From Halocafeteria seosinensis (taxonomy: Eukaryota): a stretch of DNA of 64,000 bases. The notes below the pieces were generated by a model. The model searched no databases and was not told where the DNA came from. It saw only the letters and a list, made by a program, of their open reading frames with translations. Shown piece after piece: positions 21,201 through 31,279 of the stretch. Each line of letters starts with the position of its first letter. The first letter of the stretch is position 1. The position numbers and the translations under genes are program-made. Location of the stretch: assembly GCA_001687465.1 (NCBI GenBank), contig LVLI01000295.1, forward strand, positions 62,001 to 126,000, in the 5' to 3' direction.

Positions 21201-22682
21201 GTCTGCGCATGAGTGCGGGGCTGCTAACAAGTACTGTCCTCAAGGATCGGCGCAACCGCTGCGAGTTCCTCCAGGGTTTTACTCTGTTGGAGGATGGGAG
21301 AGGGTGATAGGAAGACCAGAAAACACGACGCGGTGGGACATACGTAGCTGCTCGCCTGGTACCTTCTGCAAAGATGGGATAAAGCGTCAGTGCCCGGGAG
21401 GGTTTTATGGCAGTGACCGGCAGTTGTCAAATCCACATTGTAACGGAAGATGTGATGCAGGTTACTTTTGTCCTCCAGGTTCGCCACGAAAGAATTTATT
21501 TATGTGTGGAGAATTTTTTATGCCAAGAAATTATACGAACATGCTCTCTTTATTGGACCGCGGACAAGCAATCGGTGGTGGAGCTCTAGGAAAGGGATTG
21601 ACAGGTGCCTCTAGACAAGAGGCTGCACAATTGCAAAGAGTACTTGATGAATTACTAGCAAGAGTTATGCAACTATCTGCAGATGTCGGTAGCTTGGAGC
21701 ATTATTTGGAGATGCATCCTCTCAACAATACATTGACCAACTGCACACTTGTTCCCGTGGATAGTGAGAGAAATAGGCAGTCAAACTGTAGTTCCTTCAA
21801 CAATGGAACCGTGGTGAACTGCGAGGAAGACGGAACTTCAGGAAACGAAACGTCTACTAAAAATAACACCGTATTGGAGTGCGACAAAATACTAGTAAAG
21901 CCATTGATCCAAATACTGGATGATTTGAGTCTTCCTGTAAACCAAACGCTCAATGCTACGGAGGCTATTCAGACGTTGCGGCTCACAATAGACAGTATTG
22001 AGGAATCCATGTTAATGCTAAGAATGCAAATAAGATTCCTGATGTTGAGTAACAACTCTGCCCTGTTTTTCCAATGGGAAAATGGTATTCGACTTCGTTA
22101 CCCTCGAACCCGACTTCAACTGTCCGATCCATTGGCACAAGGCTTCGTCGCAGAGGGAACCCACAACGCTGTTTATTGCCCAGCGGGCTCAGCGCTTCCG
22201 TTCCAAGTCAACAAAGGCTTTTTCTCGATTACTGGATTCAATACCTCAGCTGGGAATTTCACGAGGGATAGCCAGAGGAAATGTCCGACGGGGCACTACT
22301 GTATTGGAGGGATAGTTTACCCCTGGTAAGTAACACCGTGAATGTTGGTCAAACACGTGTCAGTCAGACTTGCTAATTTGAAATGAAACACAGTTCTCCG
22401 GGGAGATTCGGCAGGTCAGAAGGTACTTCTTCGAGATTTTGTGAGGGAGTGTGTCCTGCCGGGCATAAATGCCCACTGGGGACCAGCGAGCCATTGCCTT
22501 GTGCTACGGGACAGTACAGTGGGCCGGGCTTTCCCAAATGCTTGGATTGTCCACGAGAGAACCCGGGAATAGAAGACAAATTAGCAGCTCTCGCTAAAAG
22601 GACTGAAGCAGATCCATTTTTCTACCCTCATACTAGAGAGGCAACCAAATGCAAGACGTCAAGAGCTTGCTGTAATACTTGA
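18207..22682 (+). CDS. Secreted cysteine-rich repeat protein (GCC2/GCC3, ephrin-receptor-like repeats)
   Basis: Signal-peptide-like N-terminus and many CPxGxFG...CSGxCxxGYYCPxGS...CG...YCP units. Introns 19343-19424 and 22326-22393 join the three ORFs. No transmembrane segment seen; many N-x-S/T sequons. Confidence 0.85.
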
Positions 22683-22684
22683 GT

Positions 22685-25600
22685 TCAGCGTTCCCGAAAT
22701 GGTGATCTTCGGTACATCTCACGGAGATGCTGTTCCCAAGCGGGAGGAGAATTTTGATCCATGAGGAGATTATGGCTGTATTCTGTAAGCATATCCACGA
22801 CGCGCTGACGGTGTGAATGGTCTCTCATCAATCTGACTGTGTTTTCAAAAAATTCACACCAAGAAGATGCAACGACGCCGTAGCCATTTCTCCCAAACTT
22901 TGGGTACAATGTAGTTGCAGATTCGTCCACAAACTCATTCAAGGACCATCTTCCGAGACAGTCATCCTCAGAAAAAAAGCAGCAACTGTAGTCGGGAATA
23001 GAGTATGTCGATGGCTGGATTTCCGGCAAATTAGCAAGCCTATAGTAAGCAAGTGATAGCCTGCCCGATCGTATGGTCGCTGCTATGGTCGATACTGGAG
23101 TCAACAGCGTCAAGGAGTCTATGGTGGTCAGCCCTCCGCCGAAAGGAAACGCATCCACAGAGACTGTAGCAAGCTCCAATATGCGTGCGTACTGTGCTAA
23201 TGGTTGAGATGGTACAAAATAGGTTCGGTGATACCATAGCTTCATGAGCGCATCCGTGTCAGCTTGTCCAATAGAGCGATGGGGGCACGTTTTCATCTCG
23301 CTGGTAATGTCCTTCCAGTCATTCATCGTTAAGTAATCTTTTTCTCTAGAATTTTGCTCAATGACATCGTCGTAGTTTGCAGTGTAGTACGTCTTGGGAA
23401 CAGTAATGTAACCCTCACAAATGAAGCGACTGCACTCGTGAACTAGTCTTCTTTGTAGCACAGCCCATCCGTCCCAACGTCCCACTGTAACAAACGTATA
23501 TAGCGGAGCAGCTTCCTCCTGCAGAGTGAGCAAACTGCATATGAATGCATCCATTGATGGACTGATTTTTTGCACATTGTGCTGAAAGGCAATGATCTGT
23601 CTTCCTTCCGTTATCACGTTGCGGGGGAACCCGAGTTCTTCAGCGCTTTGGGTAGACGGGAACAAGTTTAAGGGGGTATATGTTATCGAGTCGTTAAACA
23701 ACCACAGGTCCTCGCTGTAACGAGATGCTGCTCTGTTGGGTGGTTCAATCATATGGGCTCGTGAGGCAATGTAGTAGTCCATTACAGAACGGGGCTGGGC
23801 ACTCGTCATACCGTTGTTCCACACAATCGCCTGTACCGGAGCAAAGCGCGAAAAGCATAGCCGAAATGTTTGGGGACCCATCGATGGATCAGTAATGAGA
23901 AGAGTGTCAAGATTCAAAGAGGCTAGCTCGTCTGCGATTGCTCTTGTGTATCGTTGAGGGACGATGTGCAGCCTACCAAACGGAGTCAGGGCCTTCCAAT
24001 TTCGAATGTATACCTGGAAGAAGAGATCGACGCCATTGTGGGAATAAGTAGATTCATGAATTATGATCCGTGCATCCCGTCCACGAATTTCGTCTTTCTT
24101 TACTTGACACTCTTCAGAGGGTTGATGCAAACATACAAGCTCGAAGCTAGTGGAAGTCGCTTCAACAACCTCGGTATTCCCCATACCCCACGCATCCGTT
24201 TCGTCTGAGTCCCCAATAATATTGAAATTAAAAGGAGAGTCAGCTACTTCGGGAGTCATTAAATCGACTATGTGCACTTCAATATTCCTCGTGCTAAACT
24301 GTTCAGCAGTATACAGTGTCAATTTATCTAGAGTTGACATGACAAGTGTCCCCCGTTTGTAGGCCTCGGACAGATAGCCTACCCGTAACAGATCTGGTTC
24401 TGGATCCTCAGGACTGCTGCTCCTGTTCCAATAGATATATCCTTCACCGTGAACTCCTTCCAGAGAGCGTTGTGCATTTAACCATTTCTGCTGCTCCTTC
24501 GTCATCCACGTTTTTCCTCCCGGAAATCCGCAGTGGGAGACAAACGTGTGGAAACGGCTGATGATTTTCGACGTTAAGAAACCCGTGTGAGTGATGCCAT
24601 ACAATGGCGTAAACGCCCTCCATGCAGTTTCAGCGTGTAGTCTAGAGATCATCCAGGCATCGAATGGAGAGGCAATCGGATCTCCAAGCTGTCCAATGGG
24701 TAAAAGGAAGCTGTTCCCTTCCGCAACATCAGCTGAGGCCTTTGGAAGTATCCGTTGGGACGATTTACTTGCAACGAACTCGTACGTCCACTGGTTCTTT
24801 TCGAACACGTGCGCACCCATGCTCCAACATCTATCGGTGCAGAAGCCTCCGTCTAGTCGACGGTAGTCTGGTAAGGAAGAATCTAAAACCTGAGCCGTGA
24901 GGTTGCCCATATAATAGTACAAATGTAGCGGCAGATCATTGGAACTCCACTGTAAAGGCGCGGTAGCGATAAATGTTGCAAGAGTCGATGTAGTCCAGGT
25001 TGCACTCTTTCCCATGATGGGAAGGAATCCAAATGGCAAGTTTTCACCTTGTCCCCGAAAATGGTCCAAAGCCGCTTCGACTCCTGCTGTAGCACTGTAG
25101 AGAGCCGCCCCCAAGCCAGGCCAAGCACCTGCTCCAATTCCTTCTGCGTGCCCCACGTACACGGAGCTGGAATGGCAAGCCGTCATTATTTCAGTAATCA
25201 TGAATGTGGGAAGTCCGCATCTGCCGTTTTCGTAGCTGCTCTTGGGTTCAAATATATTTTCATGAACGCAATGCTTTAGAAAATCTCGGAAATCCTTCTT
25301 GCAAATGTTGAACGAAATCCCACCGGAGGAAACGTCCACGCAGCTGTGTAGAGAATCTTCTTTCATGATCAGTTCTTCTTTGCGTTTGGAATAAACTCCG
25401 TCTGCCTGAAACATTACATTATATGCCTCCACATGCTGTAAGGACTTCGAGAGCATGGTAAATGGTAAAATATTGTAAAAGAGCGCCCAATGTCGCTCAG
25501 ATACTAGGAGTGCCGCACTGCACCCTAGCGCCCTCCTGTGTTCTTCCCGTTTCTCCATATCCGCAGTGCTCAGTTTTGCTAGATTCTGTACCGATCCGGC

Positions 25601-27244
25601 AGCAAGCGCAGCGGATTCTTGTACTGTCAAGTTCGCTTCTAATAACTCTGTGCACTTCGGGTTTTTGTGTGCGAGCTGGAGGTACGTCACCCTGTCGATA
25701 TATCCGAGGACGTTGCCATGCATTGCCACTGAGCCGAGAGTAGCCATTTTCTGTATCATCAGGGACGCCAAAACCGCACGATAGCAGGCAGGGACCATCT
25801 TATCAGGCAAAGGGGTACGTTGGTATCGAGCCGGCTGGGCCAAAGGAGGGAAAGAAGCGCGACATGTCCAAACATCGTTCCAAGAACCCGTAAGAGGATG
25901 ATGGAGTGCCTCTTTGAAGCGCCTATAGCGCTCCTGAACGGGTGCCGGTACTTCGTCGGCTGTAATAAGGGTGAAGTATCGTGTCGAAACCTCGATATCT
26001 ACAGGGATTCTTCGGAAAGCATCACAGACGCTTCTCAGAGCAAGATCTCGTCTTGCCCAATACCCAGTGTGTGCTATTTGCTCTTCACGAGCACTATCGG
26101 AATCGCCAAATAATCTTTGGCATTCCATCTTCACTGGTGAGGCATCAAGTGCAGAGAGCGATTCGAACATAGTTCTCTCCAGCCACCAGTTGGTTTCTTC
26201 ACTTTGGGGGTCCTCGCTCTCGGCGTTGTAAATTTCCTGAAAAGCGAAATGAGCTGTACCGCCAGCGCGCTCGACTCGCGAAATTAAAGCAAATTTGATG
26301 ACAGTTCTGTATCTGGCCCAATCGCTGACGGATACATCGGCTTGATCGTAAGCGAAGGCCACCTTCTCAGAGACATGAAGCTTGTAAGAGCTCTTGAACA
26401 GTTTGTGGAACCTAGTCAATTTAGTGCCTGTGACATGCTTTAGCATGAACGTCAAAGCAGACGCATCGGAAGCATTGCTCAAATCAGATTGTAAACTTGA
26501 CAGGGACATCCTGCGACAGGTATGAGCTGCCAAAGCCTTCGTATCAGTACTGATGAGCTTCATGCAACGCTCATAAACTACAGGGATTTTTACACCCATT
26601 GACTTCAACAGATCTATGGTTATACTCTGATGAAGAATTTCATCGTTTGTAAAGCCAAGATGGTTGATAAAATTGCTAGTGCTTGCGTTCTTCGGGTAAG
26701 ACGGCAATCCATTGCGTTCCCGGAAGACCTTGACGATGGCTACTTGCAATCTCGGAGGAAGATTCAACGAAAGCTGCATTAGACGATGGACGGGGAGAGC
26801 AACCAAAATGTTAGTCTCGTCGTGGACGTAGTACTCTGAATCAGTAGACGGCTGTATAAATATCGGCTCTTGAATCGAGAACAGGGGTTCGTTCAGTGGG
26901 TTCCTCTGGTAGTATAGCACAATTTCCAAGGCTTCCTCGAAACTCATGTCGTTGATGTGGGTATGCTCGGGCGTTCGAGGAGCACCCAATCTTTTTTGCA
27001 TCCCTATATTCATCTGTGGTTGCTCTGATAAGACAGGGGGAGCATATTCTTGTTTGTCCAGAATGTGGCCCGTGGCTCCTCTATGGCCTCCGAGTTCGCC
27101 ATGTATTCCCACAGGTGGTAGATGGCTCAGTGTAGCACTTATTCCGTGGCAACCATACCCTATACAAACCAATATGTAGACGATGAGACTTGTACGACCC
27201 GTCGAAAGCCTACTATGAGACGTAGAGCGTCTTGAATTCCCCAT
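22685..27244 (-). CDS. GT41-family (SPINDLY/OGT/HMW1C-like) glycosyltransferase with a long unknown N-terminal region
   Basis: Intronless ORF of about 1520 aa. C-terminal LRVGYLS, LNLDTLLITDPSM..SRFAPVQ, DYYIAS, YSEDL, QKISP and DAFPFGGGLTTIDSL..PV..SGR are GT41 motifs. Hydrophobic N-terminal segment. Confidence 0.75.
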   Translation of the reverse strand: MGNSRRSTSHSRLSTGRTSLIVYILVCIGYGCHGISATLSHLPPVGIHGELGGHRGATGHILDKQEYAPPVLSEQPQMNIGMQKRLGAPRTPEHTHINDMSFEEALEIVLYYQRNPLNEPLFSIQEPIFIQPSTDSEYYVHDETNILVALPVHRLMQLSLNLPPRLQVAIVKVFRERNGLPSYPKNASTSNFINHLGFTNDEILHQSITIDLLKSMGVKIPVVYERCMKLISTDTKALAAHTCRRMSLSSLQSDLSNASDASALTFMLKHVTGTKLTRFHKLFKSSYKLHVSEKVAFAYDQADVSVSDWARYRTVIKFALISRVERAGGTAHFAFQEIYNAESEDPQSEETNWWLERTMFESLSALDASPVKMECQRLFGDSDSAREEQIAHTGYWARRDLALRSVCDAFRRIPVDIEVSTRYFTLITADEVPAPVQERYRRFKEALHHPLTGSWNDVWTCRASFPPLAQPARYQRTPLPDKMVPACYRAVLASLMIQKMATLGSVAMHGNVLGYIDRVTYLQLAHKNPKCTELLEANLTVQESAALAAGSVQNLAKLSTADMEKREEHRRALGCSAALLVSERHWALFYNILPFTMLSKSLQHVEAYNVMFQADGVYSKRKEELIMKEDSLHSCVDVSSGGISFNICKKDFRDFLKHCVHENIFEPKSSYENGRCGLPTFMITEIMTACHSSSVYVGHAEGIGAGAWPGLGAALYSATAGVEAALDHFRGQGENLPFGFLPIMGKSATWTTSTLATFIATAPLQWSSNDLPLHLYYYMGNLTAQVLDSSLPDYRRLDGGFCTDRCWSMGAHVFEKNQWTYEFVASKSSQRILPKASADVAEGNSFLLPIGQLGDPIASPFDAWMISRLHAETAWRAFTPLYGITHTGFLTSKIISRFHTFVSHCGFPGGKTWMTKEQQKWLNAQRSLEGVHGEGYIYWNRSSSPEDPEPDLLRVGYLSEAYKRGTLVMSTLDKLTLYTAEQFSTRNIEVHIVDLMTPEVADSPFNFNIIGDSDETDAWGMGNTEVVEATSTSFELVCLHQPSEECQVKKDEIRGRDARIIIHESTYSHNGVDLFFQVYIRNWKALTPFGRLHIVPQRYTRAIADELASLNLDTLLITDPSMGPQTFRLCFSRFAPVQAIVWNNGMTSAQPRSVMDYYIASRAHMIEPPNRAASRYSEDLWLFNDSITYTPLNLFPSTQSAEELGFPRNVITEGRQIIAFQHNVQKISPSMDAFICSLLTLQEEAAPLYTFVTVGRWDGWAVLQRRLVHECSRFICEGYITVPKTYYTANYDDVIEQNSREKDYLTMNDWKDITSEMKTCPHRSIGQADTDALMKLWYHRTYFVPSQPLAQYARILELATVSVDAFPFGGGLTTIDSLTLLTPVSTIAATIRSGRLSLAYYRLANLPEIQPSTYSIPDYSCCFFSEDDCLGRWSLNEFVDESATTLYPKFGRNGYGVVASSWCEFFENTVRLMRDHSHRQRVVDMLTEYSHNLLMDQNSPPAWEQHLREMYRRSPFRER

Positions 27245-27643
27245 ACCGATTCCTTTCGCTCTCTGATCCCCCTCCACACGATGCTAACACGAGAGGGGAC
27301 CCAAATACTTTGTGGCGCTCTTCATGAAGTTGATATGAATTAGCGGAAAGATGCTGCCTATCAACTAGGACCAACACACCCTATGTAAAACAGCAAAAGG
27401 AATTTTAGTTTCAACAGCTAGGTATCTAGTCGATGCGGAAAACATGGTGCGCTGAGCCAGTGAGTCAGTGAAGAGTTACACACGCGTTCCCTGACACAGT
27501 TTGAGTACATTAACAATTCTTCCCTGAGAAAGCGGTTAGTTTCGAGCAAAGCAATGAAAAACGTTTTGGCACATTGTAGAGGGACCCACCGCGAAACTCT
27601 TCTCTCGCAGTTGACATCAACGACACTGGTCAGTACACCGTTT

Positions 27644-29903
27644 TCACAACTCTTCCTGAGAATCAACGTTCTGACTGCGATGAGCATCGGATGTCCTGAA
27701 GAAAGCTGGAACCGCAGAGGCTGCACCCTCCGCTACTTTCATGACAGCCTGACTTGCGTCCCGGAAATACTTCGCCTGAGTCGTTTTCCAATCAATGCTC
27801 TTGTAACCTCTTTGTAAGTCCTTTTCATTCCATCCGAGCATTGCCAAGGCCTCACGATGCTGGCGATCTGTCAATTTGTGTTGCTCCCTGAACATTTTGA
27901 GGTCTTTCTTATCTTTCTCCGAAAGCACACCATATGGAGGACTCTGTATAGCTGATTTTAGCCGTTGTCGGTATGTATAAACTTTCTGTGCTGATGCCTG
28001 CAAAAGTAATAGCCTGGCAGCAGTTTCACCGGCGGCTAATGAGAGAATTGGCTTCTCTAGTGTACTGTCTTTCTTCACCTCTTTGCTAATAGCCGACACT
28101 CTGTGGAATCAAACATATGGACGATGATATTGGGGCCACGCCTTATGTGATAGCGTCTGATGTAGCAATACTTACGGAATGAAAAGAACTCTGCAGCGAG
28201 GAGAGGCTACAGTAGCGGAAGCAGTATTCCTCACGGTTCCATGTTCATCTTGATTTCTTGTAAAGTTTGCATAATCTTCTTGTGCACTTGCATTCTCCGA
28301 GGGTGTATTATCCAGAACATGATCCGCAGGTACTTGTCGCGCCCAATCCCGGCCAGCCACACTTGCAATTCCAGTGGAGGCTACATCGGCTGCAAGCTGT
28401 GGAGCAAGGTCTCTTCCATATTCCAGCTTTTGCTCGAAAAGAAGATTTTCGTCACTTGTAGCTGGCTCTGAGCCATTTTGGTGCTGGCTTTCTTCATCAT
28501 GATAATACTTCATTTGCTCCCTGTCTACGGTTGTATGTGCTCCACTTACCCTCGGTGGGCTCGCATAGGCTTCTGTCTCAACTTGGTTCTCAACTTCCCC
28601 TTTATGTGGGTCATTGCTCCGTGATGGCATAATTGCTTCTCTTACGCGTAGTCCTACTGCTTCTGCACGAGCACGTAGCTCTCGAAGTACTAACCTATTT
28701 CTCAGAGTTTCTTCGGGGTTGTGTTCACCCAGAACCCCAATCGGTGGATAGCGCTCATTCAACTCTTTTTGAATTGCGTTAAGTGGAATACCGCTCGTAG
28801 GAGACTCCACCGCTGAATCTCCCCCGCCGCTTGCCTGTGTTGTTGAATCATTGGACTTCTCCGTATCATGCCCATTGATGTTTGAGTGATGTTGCTCATT
28901 TGTGGCTGAGCCTTCGCTTGTGCACTCAGAGTCGGTATCATGGGATTCAGGAACAGTAATGATGTTTTCCAGAAGTTCAGATGAGACTGATTGCAGTCTC
29001 TTCCTCGTTTCACGGGGCAGTAGAGCAGCGCATGAGGTCACGAAGGCCCCTCTTCGCAACCCTGCTACCCGATTTCCTGACATAGTTAAATCAACTTCGC
29101 CCTCCGCAATGTAAACAATGTGAGAAACAGGGGAGCTTTCTTCAATGATTGATTCACCTTCAAAATAATCCTTCCACTCAGCATGCTTCAAAATTCGGGC
29201 AAACTGTCGTGGAGTAAAACCATGAGACTGAAAGCCTTTTTCGTATACTTCTACTGCCTCCTCATCGAGAGCCACATCTTTGCGTTCATGCTTCAGTTTG
29301 AGAATTCCGTACCCATTGAAGAGTGCAAATATAATTGCCCAAAAAACCGGTGCCTTGCTTTGTAAATTCCGATGCATTATTAGCATAGCAACATTGCAAA
29401 CGGATCCACATAAGAAAAATTGCCTCATGTTTAAAATATCGTCACTGTAGAATCATTCATACCACCCGTTATTTAGAAGCGGGATACCCAGGTCAAGATT
29501 CTACTCACCTTGCATACGCCAAGAATGTAAACCCAGGGACCCCAACATTCGTCAGAGCAATATCGCGTATCCAGTAGTTGTAATCGAACCGTTTAAGCTG
29601 CAGATCACCATCTGACAAGTATCCATGGTATCCTTCGGCCGCCGACGATAACGAAGCTGCCTCCGTGTGAACTGCTGATTGTCTCCGGCGTTGCTTGGAT
29701 TTCCTGCGCGACCTTTTGGGTCGGTTTAACAACGACGTGGTGTAAATGCTATCTGACCTTCTTGAGGTGCTTGAATGGACAGAATGAAGGTCTTTACGTG
29801 CAATAGAATGTTTTGGAAAACACGTTGAACATCGTGACAAAACAGTGGAAGAACCCCATAATACCGCTTTCTTGCTCCACACCAACGACCCCGGCACTCC
29901 CAT
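27644..29903 (-). CDS. Popeye-domain / cyclic-nucleotide-binding membrane protein
   Basis: Three exons joined in frame. LAYASDDILNMR plus three hydrophobic helices, then VYEKGFQSHGFTPRQFARIL, AEWKDY, IVYIAEGEVDL and GAFV, which is the Popeye-type layout. Confidence 0.7.
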
Positions 29904-30155
29904 TCTTTTTAACACGTATCTGTTTATTACGTCTGCCGCTGTGGTATTGTCTTGGACTCTAACAATCCACCCTAGATAACGCTAATTCAGAACAGCTTGG
30001 TTTGTGAACTTCATACTTCAACTTGCCCGGTATGGGGCCCGGCCACTAGGCCTTAAACAGCGTATTTAGGCAGATTTATCCAGATTCGGGTTTGAGTTAT
30101 GGTTTGATTCTATACTACTAAAACGTGGAAAGCGAATTCTGAGGTCATCGACAAC

Positions 30156-30624
30156 ATGGCGGCAGCCGCCACAACGGGAACGGACACGGAAGTGGCCCAG
30201 CAGACTTCCCAAAATGCTACAGAGGAATCAGAGGAAACCCCAAGCTCACATCTCTTGAATCGAGTTTGTCGAGTAACCATCCAGGACGGAAGGGTGCTGG
30301 TCGGGATTCTCAAAGTGAGTTAAGCCACTAGTATAATTGCGTGCATCGTTGTATATGGAAATGGAGGTATGTTTCTGCGCAGTGCTTTGACCGCGATAGA
30401 AACATGGTGCTGGCAGAAGCTGAAGAATACAGGACTCCAGAAGGTAAGTTTCCTTCTCCCTAGATTGCTCTAGTGGATTAATCTCTCGTCACCCTTTCAC
30501 TGTGGACGAGTTCGCAGAAGTGGCGAAAGAAGATGAACCTGAGAGAAGGAAACACACGATGGGAATGGTAATGGTGCCTGGGGATAAACTCTGCAAGTTC
30601 GAAATGTCGGATACAACGTTCTGA
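30156..30624 (+). CDS. Sm-like protein, most similar to NatC auxiliary subunit NAA38/Mak31/LSMD1
   Basis: Not in the ORF track. Three exons give LLNRVCRVTIQDGRVLVGILK|CFDRDRNMVLAEAEEYRTPE|...MGMVMVPGDKL, i.e. Sm1 and Sm2 motifs without the SmB proline-rich tail. Confidence 0.75.
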
Positions 30625-31279
30625 ACTATGGATACTCAAGAATATTTTAAAATACGCTCCTGTCATGCCATGAACCCATCACGAGGTCTTCTTTAAGAAA
30701 TTATCGATTACAGATGATTTCACCTCAAGTGTCCCACACGACTTCTCCTTGAAATAGACGTAACGTTTGTGGTACAAAAGTCGAAGCGGCCTAAATGGAG
30801 GGGAAGTTCCGTTGGATCTGCGATATCCAAGTCTTCTACAGCTACGTCACCGATGCACCCAATCCTCTGTAACGGAATCCGTGGACGTAAGCATACTCAT
30901 ACACTGGCGTCGAGAAAGCCATGTAGGTCATTACAGTGAAATAACGACTTTTGAAAACTATCGCATATGTAATCAATAGGGTCTATTCTGGTATGTCTGA
31001 GTAAAAGACTACAATGCTCAAATCAAGCCGGGCCGCTAGTGCACGCAAGAGAAGGTAGCAGTATTGACCGGGTGACTCCGCTTCCAGGTAGCTCCTCTGT
31101 TGAGCACTTTATTATCCACGGTAGTATGGTTCGTATGCGAGAATGACGCTCATGTGATTTCTTAAAGTTACAAGTTGTACTAGGTATTGGTTTCATCTCG
31201 CTTCCCTCCCAGAAGTTGACAAGCCCCTATGATTTCAGAGTCTATTCTAGCAGTTCCACTATTTCAGTGTATGACATGA

